Source of the DNA: Tubiluchus corallicola
Lineage: Eukaryota > Animalia > Priapulida
NCBI GenBank assembly: GCA_030141605.1
Contig: JAQGDQ010000091.1
Span: 248,001-312,000 of the forward strand
DNA: 64,000 nt
Direction of reading: 5' to 3'
Below are positions 38,807 through 53,600 of the stretch, one piece after another. Each line of letters opens with the position of its first letter. The stretch's first letter is position 1. The position numbers were made by a program, and so were the translations under genes. The notes under the pieces are model-generated. The model saw only the letters and a list, made by a program, of their open reading frames with translations, was not told the origin of the DNA and made no database searches.

Positions 38807-41800
38807 AATTATAGTAAAATAATAATCACTTAATATAGTCTTAACTGATTAACGCCAGGCATTTTTATATCGCTCGTATTGTGTTACCAAGGTGTCGTCG
38901 TCTTCACCATTGTTGTTATGTTTTCATCGCCGTTTGTCATTTTAGTTCTGTGTTTAAATTTGTTATCTGGTTAGTGGGTCGCTTGCGGTCACATGCTACA
39001 GTGTACAAAAATATTAATTTTCTTTCAAAGGCAAGTTATTTAATTGTATTTGTGTGTCATAGGAGCAGTGCAATTTTCTGCTTTGTTTACAAATTTCATT
39101 CAAATTAGTATTGACACTGCGAATTAATAGTTTCAATTAAGCTCGCATCTCGTCTGAAATTTCGTTGACGTAAAATCTAGAATACACACAATATTGCCAA
39201 TCAGTGGCATTGTTCGCAATTCATGCAAAAGCGAATTTTCAAAGTGCTGGGAAATTTTGCAAATTTAAAGGTCGTCGCCAATAATGCGGCATGTGGTGCA
39301 TATTGATCAGTAAATTGTATGAAGCATTTGTTGTCATAGCTGCGCATGCGCTGTTAGCATTATCTTGTTTCTCGGCCAGTGTCAGAAATAAAATTATTTT
39401 ATTATCTGCCATTATTGATGGGTGAAATTCGCCTGGCAAAAACAAATTATTTTGTGTTAGTGGCGCTCAAATGCAACCTAAAAACTATGAAATTCCAAGC
39501 GTCCATTCGCAATTGGCGAGAGCTTTTATTTTTTTAAACAAATGATGTTTAGACTGCATTTGATTAATTTATTTTTAATTTCATTATTTTGACACTGTTT
39601 TCGGAATCAAGTATTCAAATCCCCCTTAGGCATTTGTAGTTTGGAACACCAGTAAATGTTTTACTTTTGTATTATAGTCATTTTATTGTATTATGTGTAT
39701 TTTTCAAGTAATCTATAAAAGTTATCATTTAAAGAGCTGTATAATTTTGAAATTAGATTAACTGCGGATTGCACGAAAACAGACTTTGGTCAATAACATT
39801 ATCTGCAAAAATCAGGCATGGTTAAACTTCATGACTGGTGTATGGTTATTTTTTGGCGTGGTTTTTTGTTGTTTTTTCAAATGTCTTGATGTGTCTATAT
39901 TGATGGGTATGAGAATTAAAGCTGAAAAACTAATGGCCCTACATATAAAAAAGAGCTGTTCACAGCCGTGTGTGCAGCGGTATATCCTGCTAAGGTGATA
40001 TTGATTGTTGAGAAAAAATTAGCAATTTGGGCAGAGTTAATATTACCTTTTTAATTAACGTGCTTTCATATCAGGAGCATATATACATGTATGTATAAAA
40101 TTGTATACACACACATACTGATGAACACTATACTGTATATAGGCATAATATGTAAATGTATAAGCATTTTAGGTATTGCTGTCAAAATGTGTTTAAAATA
40201 TACGTTCTTGTGCCCTTATTTCGACGAATCTTGACGTTTGCCGTTTTGTTTAGGATTAATAAAAACTTTTTCCGAGCTGTTCTTACTGAATATTCATCGA
40301 AGTTTGTTCATAAAATTTTAGCCAGATCAAATATTTGCCGTAGTTACAGAAATTGTATATATTTGTTGTCAGAGGCGTTTAAGCTGATGCGGCCAACACG
40401 TAATTTCTTGAAACTGTGTTGACACATCTTGATGGAATTTTTTCGTGTGGAAATGCATTGTAATCTTCAGTAATTAATGTTTGTACGCCTTACTGCTGCA
40501 TGTAGCTTTGGGGATGAGTGACAGTAAGATTTGCTAGCATTTCGCTTAGACTGAGATGAAGGTGGTCCTTTTTTACAGCGATGATGAAACATTTAAAGGG
40601 AAGAGGCGATGATAAGGCTGTGTAAGAGCAAAATGAATATATTTTTATTCACGCATTTAATCCTTCTCTTCTATCTCAGTTACATATACCATATGCATCA
40701 CGGCTATGTCAACTGCGAACGCAAAGATGTATGCATAATTCACTTTCAGTGACTAAGTAGTCAATACATGGGTTGAGCTTACTGCACTTATATATCTATG
40801 AAATTTCACGATGGGTTATCCAGAAGCGCTCGCGAATTTGCTTACATTTTCTGAAACATGTGTTGTTTTAAAGGGGGAAATGGTTTTGGTTTTCATAGCA
40901 GTGTCCTAGCAATATCTTGATGTTATTGGAATCCCTTGCTTTTCTCAAATTTACTGCTGTTGCCCATGTGCTAACCTGCCTATGTGCACATATTGCTTTC
41001 TATAAACCACTGGGACTATATATTGCAGACATACTTTCATTAACGTTATGAAACTTGAAGGTACCTAATCTCTGCTGATTCAGAAAGCAGTTTGTCATTT
41101 CCAGTATGCGGTTTAATGTTCTTATTCCACAAACATCACTAAAATTGTTGTAAAAAGTAATAGTGCGGACATCTGTTGACAAAGAAGTGTAAGCTATTTT
41201 TGTGAATGGATATTTGGAAAGCTAAATATACTTAAATTTTGTATTTTTATATAATGAAACTATTCAGGGTACTATTGAAACTACTATGGATAACGCTGTG
41301 TATGTGCTTTTCAGTTTTCAAGAAAAAAGAATAAAAAAATTACCTGTACATAGCAAATCAGTTTAACTATGTCTCTCATGTATGTGGTTATGTTATGTAG
41401 CAGGTTTTTTGTACGTATGAAATATTAGAGTTTTATTTTTCACAGTTACATGAAATAGTAATTTGATTACTCGGTGGCTTCACTAGTGTTATGTAGCTTG
41501 CATAAACCACAGTTTTCCTTATAATTAAAATACAAATATCCATTTTTTTATACGGTGATAGATGATATTATTATTTATTACTATAAAGCCAGGTTTGGTA
41601 GTGTACTTGGTCAGGGTATTGTCCACTGCAAATCTTAAGTAATACACAACACTTTAAGTGTGGGAACCCCTTCTCCAAAATATGTGATGTATGTATGACG
41701 TCACATAGGTATTTAAAAGTCAGTCATACACCCAATCGGGTGGTGTTTGTAGAACTCATCTTTGTTGTTCATGCTTCTGTATATGCTATATTTGTTAAGC

Positions 41801-44800
41801 ATGTACCAATAAACTGTTATATATATTTTGGTATCGCGGCCATGAATTTCCTCGCAACACCCACTACACATTGTTAAATGTACATATAGTATTAATGAAA
41901 AGAAAAACAAACCCTAAAACTAACATTGATTTGTGTATGAATCAGTATCCAGAGGCAATTTGAAATTAGCAGAATTAGAGTTCGTTAAGTGTTTTTTCTG
42001 GCTTCATCATCATCGTTCGTTCACATTAATGGACTGCATGTGGGCAGTATGTATACAAGCTTCATTTCCCGAGCAGAAACGCGCTTGATTTGATGCAACC
42101 ACCCTGCGGCTTGGCCATGCGGAGAAGTTTAAGTGATATTGATCATATTGAAAGAAAACTTTCCAAGTTTAATGTGGCTTTCGCTTTTCGCCGCGGGCAC
42201 TGATTCAGGGACGATTGGCGGGAATCTGTGCACTGTGACATTAGGCGATCGGCATAATCCATTCTTCGTTGTAAAGATATTTTCAGAATTTGCCGATTCA
42301 CTCTATTAGCTTCATTCTAGTTGCACCTGTATATTGCATAAACTGGCTTAAGTTTTAGATTGCTAAAATCGTGATCTAGTAAGTGGAGTGCTGATATTAA
42401 TCCCTTGATTACTGGGGAAAAGTTTTTGACTAGAGATCTGGAAAAGTGAAGGACTTGTAAAGATGTCTATCTGTTACTAAATGTCGAATTCAAGTCGAAT
42501 CGAATTTCATCATTAGGAGTTGGAATCGAATTGGATCGAATTGAAATGTAAATCACATCAGAAATTTTGAATCAAGCTCAATATTGAGAGATTGTTGACA
42601 ATGTTGAGTTTTTAGTTTTTAGTTTAGTCTGTTAGATAATTATTAGACGTCATATTCTCTGTGGTCGACTTGTTTCACGTGGCTCAATACGTTTTAAATC
42701 TATTCGGCATTCGGCAAGCTGACATCCTGCATTCTACCAGAGCTAACTTAATGTAAATGATGTGATCCGCAGTATGAGCTAACAGGTATACGCCTCTGAC
42801 CACTGTTGGTTAATTCTGATGCCGTGCAGTTGTTTTCAATTGTGATTTAATAGGGTTAGGCCACGGTTGTTCAGCTCAACCATTTATCAGAACCTGCCCT
42901 ATACTGCGGTAAACGTATAGCATTATTGAGAATGGCGACCGATTCTGAACGCTGCTAATTTTTCTTTCATAGTTTCGCGGTTGATTTTAACATTTCTCTC
43001 TTCATGTAATGGACGTTTATGGTTCGCCTTTGATCAACCAAGCAGGCGCAAAGTTGATAATAATTGTTAGCCGAGCGAAACCTGATGATAGAGCTGTCAA
43101 GTTCCGTCTTGATGGCTTCTTTCCCCAGATCTCTGGGTGTTTGGATTGTTTGATCTGGCTAAAACCGTTTACTGTTGTAATGTGGCTTTAATGTTATGTC
43201 TGGGGCATCAGGGTGACGTCCTCTTTCATTGTATGACCTGCCATTGCACTTCTTTGTTAAGCTGAACTACGGCTTCTCTTCTAGTCGATTAACTAGGATT
43301 AAACTTGTCATGGAATATATTATACTAATTGAATTCCCATTTATCTACATATGTGTTTTTGCATTATAATCTTTTTATAATTTACTAATATGTCCGTTTT
43401 TAGTAATTTGTACTATTGTATTACATGTTTACGCCAAATAGAAAGCACATTTGGCCGTATGACAGTATTTGACATTCTACTTATTTATGAGAATAAATAA
43501 CTAGGGACAATTATTACCAAGACGCATTGATCTCAATATCGTAAATTTATTTGAAATGTTTTGGCGTTTTTTAAAAAAAGTAGTAAAGTGCACGAAAGCC
43601 TGTGTGCGATTATGCAAAGTCGTGCATTTTAAACCGCATCACTATGATCTTTTTTGGTTGCCACGTTGGTGTCTAAAGCAGATGACTCAGCTTTTCAGCC
43701 ATTTTTTTAGTTGTGACGTTGTTGCAAATTGTTATACTTCGTATTGTGTCAGCGTAAAGGAGATAGAGTAAACCGTTGATTCGACATTTTTTGTTGTTTT
43801 CTAAACTTATTCTAGAGTCTAGAAGAAAAAAGTAAAGAGATGTTTTTATATATTGTCCTACACTGTAGTCTTCTGCATGCGTGAATTGTAAGAATCGAAA
43901 AAAGAACAAAGACCACTACTTCAATCCTATGAAGTACCTTGCCTAAAACATTTTTTTATGTCTCAAGCATCTTGCAGACACTCGAACTGATTGCTTTGAT
44001 CGCTGATGCATCTACTGATTATTTCATTGCGGATTTTTCACTTGAAGTGTCACCATCTTATGACAGCGTCTAGGTGATTGATCAGCTGTCAGAAACATTT
44101 GTTTTATCTCGTTTGTCTTAGTGTACCCAATGTTGCAAAGAAGCTCTAAATGAAGCCAGGCAATCATCGTAATATTATACGCGATTTTAAAGATTTTTTT
44201 AACAATATATAAAGCAAAATGTTTCCTGGACCACAAAGGACGTAGATTTCTGTGAACGGATCTTAAACCTCAGTGTACTGCTAAAGGTCGCCAATTACAA
44301 CACTAAATCCTATTTGGTACTTTTAATTTTCCCGGTACGGCTGTTCTTTTACATTTTTTGAAATTCAGTAGAGGTGAAGTGAAGTGAACTAACTTTTGAC
44401 CTTGAGCTACACACTTAAGGTCATTGGAATTGGCATAAAACCTGGTCCATTCAGTACTGTAAGCTGTAGGTGATGGAATAAGCCCACGACCAATTATTAT
44501 TGAATATTGAACCCAATTTTACTTGAAAAAAGGAAACGTGAGGGTGTTGGAACATCTCCTGGGTTTGAAATTTGGTTGCCCGCTTCCGTACTGAGCTGTA
44601 GTGATTTAGCTAGTGAAATTGACTTTTGACTTTGATTAACCAGCCACTTAAAGTCATTGGCTACCCCACTGCTCCACTGGAATTTGCCTTTTCTGATACT
44701 TCAAGTTTTTCCGGTAAGAGACAATGTAGGGATGGGATGTTGGAATATCTAATACTTTGGATATGATGATGGAAATTATATTGACTGTAATTTCATATTT

Positions 44801-45477
44801 TGAAATAAACTATTTGTGACCAATACCCAACAAAAGTTGTTTAGATGGCTAGTGTTGCTAGTCAACACTCGATTCTTGAAAAAATGGGATTGTACAAGTT
44901 ACTGTTACTAAATCGGGCTGATATAGATCTTTTCAGATAATTTTTTGTTACGCAACACAATATCGTGTGCATTGGCTTGTAAAACGCGTGCTGTAAAGAG
45001 TAACAAGGCAAATTGTAACCCAGCCCACTCTCAGTTGGCTCGTATTTCTTTGTTGGTCATCTAACGAATTACGGATATTGGGGTACCTTACTTTAATTTA
45101 CTGCGGTTTGATTTTTTACACTTTAGGACTTTGATAAATAGAACCTTTCAGGCTCGACGAGAATTAGGGGATTTAGCACAAAAAAACGCGTGCAGGGATA
45201 TTTCGGTAAAGCTCGATTAGCAAAAAATCTTCCTGGTTGTGAGCAGTTGGAGCGGTTCGGTATGCGGAAAAGTGGTTACAGCGACCCGCCTCTAACAAGG
45301 AAACTGGTGTTTTATTGAAATGCCAGTCATAGTAGTAGGCTGTTTATGTCAGGGTGAACTTTTTATGCTTGAATGCTTATTTTTGTAGTTTAGATAGTTT
45401 TAATAGTGTTAGGTTTTCTTTTAAACATGAAACATTTTAAATCCGCCTTTGCAGGCTAATGCATTCTTTTCAGTACT

Positions 45478-45590
45478 GTCGTCATCATCGTCGTCGTCGA
45501 CATCACCATTATCATCGTCATCAGCATCATCATCAGTATTTTTTCTTCGTTCCTATCGCTGTTGCTGTCGCTGTCATTGTTGTCATCATG
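45478..45590. repeat. Degenerate (TCA/TCG)n simple repeat
   Basis: tcatcatcgtcgtcg tract that explains the poly-Ser ORF at 45449. Confidence 0.7.
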
Positions 45591-47041
45591 TATACATTGA
45601 TTTGAACAATACGAGAATTTCAAGTGTTTTGGATACCAAACTTACAAAACTTGCAGCTAAATATCAAGGAATTTTCTAGGTTATTAGCCTTCTTGGTGCA
45701 TTGGCGGTTGGATAAGCAGACGACTAACCACGGCTTGTGCGTTTGTCACCTACCAAAATACTCGTCTTTGCGATATTTGTAAAACATTGCCACTATGATT
45801 TTATGAAACTGCGGCTGTTATTTTCCTATTTCTTTTATATTTATTGTAATATAAATGTTGCAAAACTTTGGGTTTATTTTTTAAAAGCCAGTAGAGCAAC
45901 AGGTTGTCAGAACATTCTGGCCAGAAAAATGCACGGAATTCAGTCGAAGTGCAGTTCACTTTATAAATGGCTTCCTAGAAGCCCTTAACAATAGTGGATC
46001 TAGGCCAAAGCTTAAATGCTCTGGATTTTTCGGGTTTCAGCCAAGCTAACCGACGTGGTTCAAGTTAATGATTTCGTGCATTTAAGCAATGTTTGGAGTT
46101 TGTTAACTAGCTGGTAAAATACTAAATAATTGTTTTTGCTGCAGTGTGCTACTTCGCAGCTGTTTTCTAAAGTTATTTATTGTGGTTGTGTGCGGTTACT
46201 TCACAAATTTTGTGTATTTTAGAAGCGATTTACTTTGCTTGTCTTTCCACATTTATACGCCACGTTTGTGTTGGATGTGTCTTCTGCCAAATTTTCTTTG
46301 TTGAAGATTGTTGGTGTAGTGAGTGAAAACAAGAAAAGCTTCCCAACTGATATTTTATACCTGTGCGAATAAAAGCTTGTTGATAAGGATGGAAACTAGC
46401 AGTAACGTGACATAATATTAGATACACTGCTGATGCTGTTATCCATGTTGATCAAAATTACAAAGTAATCTAATATACATACATGTTTAGACATCAGATC
46501 CACTAAACTACTGCTTAAGTACATGTATTGTGTTTAAAATTTTATTATCGATGAAGGTTGTTGTTTTGAGATAGTGCAGCAATTGAATGCTCTCAAACGC
46601 TTGACTGTTTATCAATATCCAATGAATAATTTATTAAATTAAATAATGTGATTTATGATTTATGAAGAGCGGCAAGAGCTTGATACAAGTTTATTTCGCC
46701 ATTAGCATCTCTGGTAATCGTGCTTGGTTTTTATTCTCAAGTGTAAGCTGCGTAAAAGCCGTTTCCTGTGTTTAACCACCCTTGCTGCCATTTCTTTGTC
46801 CTGGTTGTTTGTGGTGGGAGGTCTGTTGCTGACCATTGCGTGATCTTAGATATATGGCTTCCATTTTGCAAAGCTTGGCTGACTCCAGAGCAGATTATCA
46901 CTGCGTCACGGTAGGTCTTGTCCGTGTTGACGCACTGCTAGCAATGGTATTGTGACATGAAATTACTTATCTTGCAGTTTTTGTTGTCGATGTTAGTGCC
47001 AGCGACAAGGTAGCTTATCTCTGGGTCGTAAGGGAGACCGA

Positions 47042-47078
47042 AGGTCACTGAAAGGTCATCCGAAGAGTGTATAAAAAG
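47042..47078 (+). promoter_or_regulatory. Perfect DR5 nuclear-receptor element immediately upstream of a TATA box
   Basis: AGGTCA-ctgaa-AGGTCA (47042-47058) and TATAAAAAG (47070-47078). Downstream lie aaaATG (47240) and a gtaagg donor at 47248. Confidence 0.65.
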
Positions 47079-47943
47079 TGAAGCAGTGACTCGCAGAAAC
47101 GTTTTGCTAGCTAATTGATGACACTAGAATAAAGACACACACAGAGAACATTAACAAAATAGTATTTCACAGCTTATTTTTTTAGTTCATTGTCGTGGTT
47201 AACTTACGTCGTGGTTTCGGTCGGACATATTATCACAAAATGGACAAGTAAGGTTTTGACCGAGCTCTAAGGTCACCCAGAGGTTTTCCATAAAAATATG
47301 CAAGATAGAGAAGAACTGTGGCTTGATGTCTGAGTGGAAGAAAATTGCTGTAAAATGTCGAGTTTATATCAAATACTGTGGCTTAGTTTAGTTGGCATTC
47401 TTTGTAAAAAAAACTTAATGAAATCTATGTGGATTAGCTTGTATATTCTAATACCAGTCAGTTAATGCTGTTTAAGTGCTGCAAGTTTTTCGCACCTGGC
47501 TGTCACAGCTTACCGTTTAAATTTGCTTTGTTATAATCTGTTTTGCAGTTTGTTTAAAAATAATGAGGTTTAAGAAAATGCGAAGAAATTATGAAGTATA
47601 AGAACTTGGTTTTTTTGTAACTTATGCAGACTGTATTCTTTAGAGCATTTGTCAATACTTGTGACATTAATCTGATGCAAATTATATGTAAATGAGCGTA
47701 TACAGCGCCTTATTTTATGTTTATATCGTGTTCAAATGCTTGTAAATTAGTTAATTAAATCCTTTATTTTAAGTAGAGAAAGTTTGCAGGGATTCTTCTT
47801 TGCCTAGATAATTAATTAAACAACGCTGTCTTGATGTTAAATAATAACCTTATCATGTCAAACTATTATAGCACTGGGCATCTCTTTTTTGCGAAGAATT
47901 CTAAAAAGCTCAATATTTACAAATTTCGCTTTTTTATTTTTAG

Positions 47944-48075
47944 GAAGCTTTGTTAAGACGCATTAAAACATTGGAAGCTGAATTAGCTGATGCACGACAA
48001 ACCGCTTCACAGGCAAGAGTTAACTCGAATACTTTACAGGAAGAATTATCCCGAACTCTTGGAGGTGAATTGTTG
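47944..48075 (+). CDS. Gene 3, coiled-coil exon (product unidentified); absent from the ORF track
   Basis: Long poly-T tract plus ag acceptor and TTG|gtaagt donor, 132 nt, phase 0-0. Encodes EALLRRIKTLEAELADARQTASQARVNSNTLQEELSRTLGGELL with a heptad pattern. Confidence 0.85.
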
Positions 48076-50615
48076 GTAAGTACATTTTTTTGGTGACTCC
48101 CTGGCGAGAATAACTTATAAAGATGCCTGTTTCGTCTTGATATTGTTCTCGTTCCCGTAATATGTTATTCGAATTACGAGCAGACTAACCAATGCTCCAA
48201 ATTCTGGACTAGTCACGAATTTTTCTGATCAAAAATAATTTTTTCTACAACAGCAAGGGAAAATTGGATTCAAAGGACCACTATGACTCTATGTAATTCT
48301 AAAATCTGATGCATGGTACATGATTCATATAGGCCTACGTTTGTATTGGTTGTAGTGGATAATAAGTTTTGCAACGAAGGAACGAACAGATAGTTGGTTT
48401 GCTAAGGAGGGGCAGATATAGAGTTGAAATGTCTCTACATTGCCTAACTTGTAGTTGAGTCATTAATCTTAAGGTTCCATGAAGCATAGCTGTAAATGTG
48501 TATCATTTTAATATGGTGAAATAAACTTTAAATTAAATTAAATTAAATTAATTTCTTTGAGAACATCGTACCAATAAAATGGATTCTGTGTACCTTTCTG
48601 TATGAATAGGACCAGAGAGCGGAAAGAGCCAGTACACTCCGTATGGGCCTCACTTCCTGTGCTAATATTGGCTTCCGGAGAATATCTGCTTATAAATCAT
48701 TCTTTGTGAAGCATGAAAATCTGATGTAAAAGTTAGCATCAATTTGTATATTTTAAAATCGATTACGTTAGTTATAAATATCAATTTTTGGCTGAGGAAC
48801 AGCGCATTGTGCTGTTTTGGCGTCGTGTATTTCTCCCTCTGTCAGCTTCTTTTTGTTAACCAGTGCAGTAATTGCCGCTGCAATTGGACCGTGCTGCAGA
48901 AGCATTCAAATTTAATCAAATGTATTGGCTACGTGTCAGAAACATGCCTAACTGGAGTTGCTGAACAAATATACCATCACGAGCTGCATGACTTTTTTTC
49001 TGTAGAAACTGTGTTTCTGTGCCTCTATTGGTCATGTTGGGAGTGGGTTTCCAGCGCAGAAAGGGGTGGTTCAAGTTGTTAACTGAATGGTTTCTTTTCC
49101 GCTTTTGTTCATAAAATACGTGCTTTTTTCACCATTCACCCATCAGTGATTACAAATAATTTTATTTTTGTAACTGGCAGCTCTCCTGGGATTAACGTGA
49201 AATAATAGTCCTGAATTAACGTGAAATCTTGAAACCTGCTGCTACTTATTAAAGTATTTTGATTGGGGAATGCGAGGAATTTCTTAATTGAGCTGATATT
49301 GTCTAAGCATAATCCAAAAACCCATACAAATATTTGGTTGAGATGAAGTCGGACAAACTACAGCACACGTTCATTTGACAGGTTGCGTCCAATCTTGTTA
49401 GTAGATCCAATCTAATTAATTCTTTTGGAATTTAATCCAATTTAAATATAAACACTGCAGCATAAAGGATCTGCTTCATTTCATTGATTTGCCGTTTTCT
49501 TTATTTACGCAGAAAATTCGCTTTCACGGTTTGTTTCTATGTATTTACCCTGCAGTATATTTATCATTAAAAGCAAGGAACCTATTGATTCGTGTGAGAA
49601 ACTTGCAGGCATCATTAAACGGGAAAATTATTTTTCCATCTATTCTCATGCATGCTGCGTTTGACGACACATACCGCTGCTACGCATATTAGCACTTTTT
49701 TCGCATTTGAACTGCTTTTAGATCTTTCAAATTTTACTGTCTGTTGTTTAATATGTTGCATTTCCGCAAAAGTCTCATATCGCGTAAATTAAAATGCAAA
49801 CATGTACTGTTTCAACTGTCTAGTTGTTCTTCGTTGTTTTACGTTTTACACCATAATTATCATGAACAGATACTTTCTTCGTCGTGGTCATCGACTTCGA
49901 TCATTGACATTGTCAGCGGTGGTAGAATGAGTCGTCGTGGTCATCATCACTATGATAAATGCTATCACCAACTTTCTTCTTTGCTGTTTTTGCCATTAGT
50001 GGCTGCCATTATCAGCGATTCACCATGCGCTATATTTTTGTTTTTGTTGAAGATTCATTTGTAAATATTAGAAAATTTTGAACGTGGAAATCATTTTTTA
50101 GTTGTACACGTTGGTCTGCTGCCTTACACATCTTAGAAGCTCCACTTTCGTTCTGCGCGACCGCTTTCTCCGCCTTTCATAATTGCGCTAATAAGTGCAC
50201 TGAAGCAAATTTCTCAAATTGGACTAATTTGGTCAGTGGCGTGCTTTTTTGCTTTGAATCCTGTATTGATTACGCGTGTAGGCTTAGCCACGTGAACACG
50301 AGTGTAAAATTGATGAATGTGGGCGTTAAATGAACACTTGCGTGGTCCCCTGGAGGCTACGTCTTGCAAAATTTTAACAATACACGCTCTATAAGAAACG
50401 TTTTTTGCAAATAAATAAGCTAGAGTCCTCGAAATTTTGATGCAGAAGAAGACATATGAAGGTCTTGTATTTTCGCAGTTGTCCATTTTCACAGTTGTCC
50501 CTTTTAAATTATCCTAATTAGGACTGTGTTTTTATGTGCCTTCCCTTTTATATGCATATATGTGCGCTTCATGAAAAATCTGCTAAATGTCAAGCACCAA
50601 GAGACTTCTCTGATC

Positions 50616-50685
50616 TAGAGCCTAGTGGATATGGCCTTGGTGTTACAATTCAAAAGTAATTAGTTCAAACCCAGGCTTAATCCAA
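50616..50685 (+). mobile_element. tRNA-derived SINE head, degenerate
   Basis: A-box-like AGCCTAGTGG and B-box-like AGTTCAAACCC at tRNA-like spacing. No intact cloverleaf. Confidence 0.45.
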
Positions 50686-53600
50686 TTTTTTTTATATATT
50701 TAACAACTCAGGTATGGTTCAAAATTAATTGTTTGCACAGTTTCCTTTATGCCGTCTTGCTTTTAGCTTAGTACAGGGTCGTCAAAAAACATTACGTACA
50801 AATTCTTTAATAAAACGAAGTCAAAAAGCGCAAGAATTTAACAAAATAAAAATGAAGATATGTATGCGTATTGTATATGTATATGTATATGTATATATAT
50901 ATTATATACAAGAAAAAAATTAGTTGTAAGTTATGTTTTATTTTTGCAGACCTTTTTAAAATGTGATTTTCAAATCTGTGTTTCCAAACCAAAGAAAGGG
51001 ATTTTTCCAATATTTGCTGTTTAAAATGATAAACAAATTTGGCTTTTGATGTTTCTTTATTTACATAACTTAGAAAACAGCTCTGAGTTGAATCTTCTGG
51101 ATTATGGGAGAACTTCTCTCGGCGAGTGTAACAGTGCAAGAAAAACCAAAGATGTTCCAGAATTGAAGAGTTTCGCTTCAAAAATGGGCTAAAATAAGAT
51201 TTGTTCAGTTATTTATTAATTCTGACCTAGGCTTCGCAAGAACGAAATTACATATTACGCTAAGTTCTGTAGATAAGGAAATACCAAAATCTGAGTTTCT
51301 TTCATATTTAAAACAGAAAATTTTGGAAAATTTCCATCTCTTTGTTATATGGATGCAATTTTAAGATCACGTTTTTAAAATGTTCGATGTGTGTGTGTGA
51401 GTGTGTATCAGATATATATACAAATAAAACTATTTTATGTATAACTGATAATGAACTGCAGGAAAGGCTTAGTGTTTCTTGGCGGAGAATAAAACCCATC
51501 TGAATTAAAGTCACTGTGCCGCCCAGAGTTTTTTGAGCGGTGCAAAACGTATTAGTTATTGATATTTCAGTAATTGGTACAAAATGAAAAAACTAATAGC
51601 GTGACTAACAACCCCAGCTAATTATGTCGTAGAACGGTGTGACCATGCATCACCTGTGTTCATCTTCCACTTTCGGTTCACCTCATTGTGTTAGTGCTTA
51701 GTGCTCTAGAGTGCTGTTGGCGCCAAGTTGTATTCAAAAGTAGCCTTCAACTAATATCAGCTTGTTTGACCACCTGGCTTCTGACAATAACTAATGGTAC
51801 GCGCCGCTTGACATATCGCTGCTGCTTAAAAGGAGAAGCCATAGTGTCAAAACACCACTCCATCATTACCTCCATCGATTTTGCTATTTTTTGTACAGGC
51901 TTCTTTCTATTAACTTTTCTGCAACAAAAATAATTTCACCGTGATACAGTTTGATGATGTTAGGTTAACTTTATTGCAGTGTGGCACGTAATAATTCACG
52001 TGATAGACAGTTCTGTAAACTTGAATAGCTGAAGCTGTTTCTAGTGTAAACGTTCTAAAACGGGAGTTTTATTACCTTCGGTACACTATGCGCGCCTTGC
52101 TTGTTGCTATTTTAATTCTTGGCATCTCAGTACAACAGGGTTTTCGCTTATTATATAAATCTGTGTGTACTTACCCTATATTTAGGATAAATAAATATTA
52201 GTAGTGTTACTTTAATTGAGTATTATAAAAATGAACAATACACAACTACAACAACAACAAAAACAGCTATAAAATAAAACAAAAATAATGTACACTAAAA
52301 TTATCGATTCACCTCAAGTGCTCTTATGGCTTAAAATTTATTCTGCGATTATATCGTTTGCCATGGTGTGAGATAACACCCGCATTATAACTCGACGACA
52401 CGGTATATAAGCTACCTCGCAAGGGCTGTATATTTTCGTGATAAGGCTTCTTTTTTCTTACAGTCATTAGCTGGCTTCTTGCGTCAGAGCCCGCAGCAGC
52501 ATATACCTGCTGGTTGCCAAAGAGTCGTATAGAGTTCCCGTTCAGCCCCGAGTTTCTTTGTTATGCGGCCATTACATTGCGGCTTTTGTTTCCTTCTGCC
52601 TGCTTTATGTCGACTCTATCGACCGGCTAAAGCCTAGTCGATTCACACTGGCTCATTTGTGAGGTAATTTGCCACATTGTGGAACTTGTGCAGCCAGGTA
52701 GAAGAAAACGCCTGGTGAATGACCACCGATTTAATGTGCTTGATCGATATTAGGCAGTACAGGAATCCCTGCGAGAAATTTGGCTTCATTGTAAAGCTAA
52801 ATGGTTTCCTTTTAGTATTTTCGCCAAGCTGGAGCGGAAATTTGCTGGGTAAAGAAAAAAGATTTACAAAAAATTGACCTTAGCAGTGCTGTAACTTAGG
52901 AAACGTTGATTATATTTCGTGTTCGTAAATAGGTTGCAGATTTGCATAACAGTTTATGGTGATTCTCTGTTTCATATAGACAATTATTCCTTAGCGCAAC
53001 AAAGTGCTGCAAGAAAACATGTGATTTTCCTACACTCACAAAGCAAACGTAATCCTTACTTTTTAGCGTAATTATTCGGTAGTAACAATTCTGATTGATA
53101 CACTCTCGCCAAATGTGATCTTTTACTCATTGCACGTTTTCAGTGCGCGGGTCTGAACGTTCGTCAAAAAAGACTTGTCCTGCCTCAAGTGTGCGTAGGA
53201 TTTGCTCTTTCATGTACCACAGCATTGACCTGAAATTCACTCCCATCTCATGTTTATAAAAAAGTTTACAAACGCTTACTCTGCAGGAACTAGCAGGATT
53301 ACCTTGCTTACTACATTGTATACATTACCAGTGTAGAACGAGCCCACGTTGCCCATGATGACACCACCAATATTTCATCATCTCTGACTCACTTTCTAGC
53401 AGATGTTTTGTGTCCCAGGCAGACGGATTCTCTTGCAAATTACCAACCGGTTTTTTTACCGACGAACATTCTGCAAATACCTTGTACCTGTAATGCTTCT
53501 TAATCTAAACAAACAGCATTTCAATCAACTTCTCAGAAGCTGTAGTCAGGAGTCGGAAGTTTGCTATTTTCGCTATTATTATTTAAACGGCTTCGGCGCT

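Noticed and set aside
42431-43300. GAATC/ATTCG-rich patch and adjacent GC-richer segment
   Set aside because: Suggests old transposon debris, but there is no TIR pair, TSD or protein motif that I can verify.
44381-44660. Repeated ttttgac(c/t)ttga...cacttaa(g/a)gtcattgg containing TGACCT/AGGTCA half-sites
   Set aside because: Looks like an internal duplication in a repeat element; no canonical spacing or promoter context.
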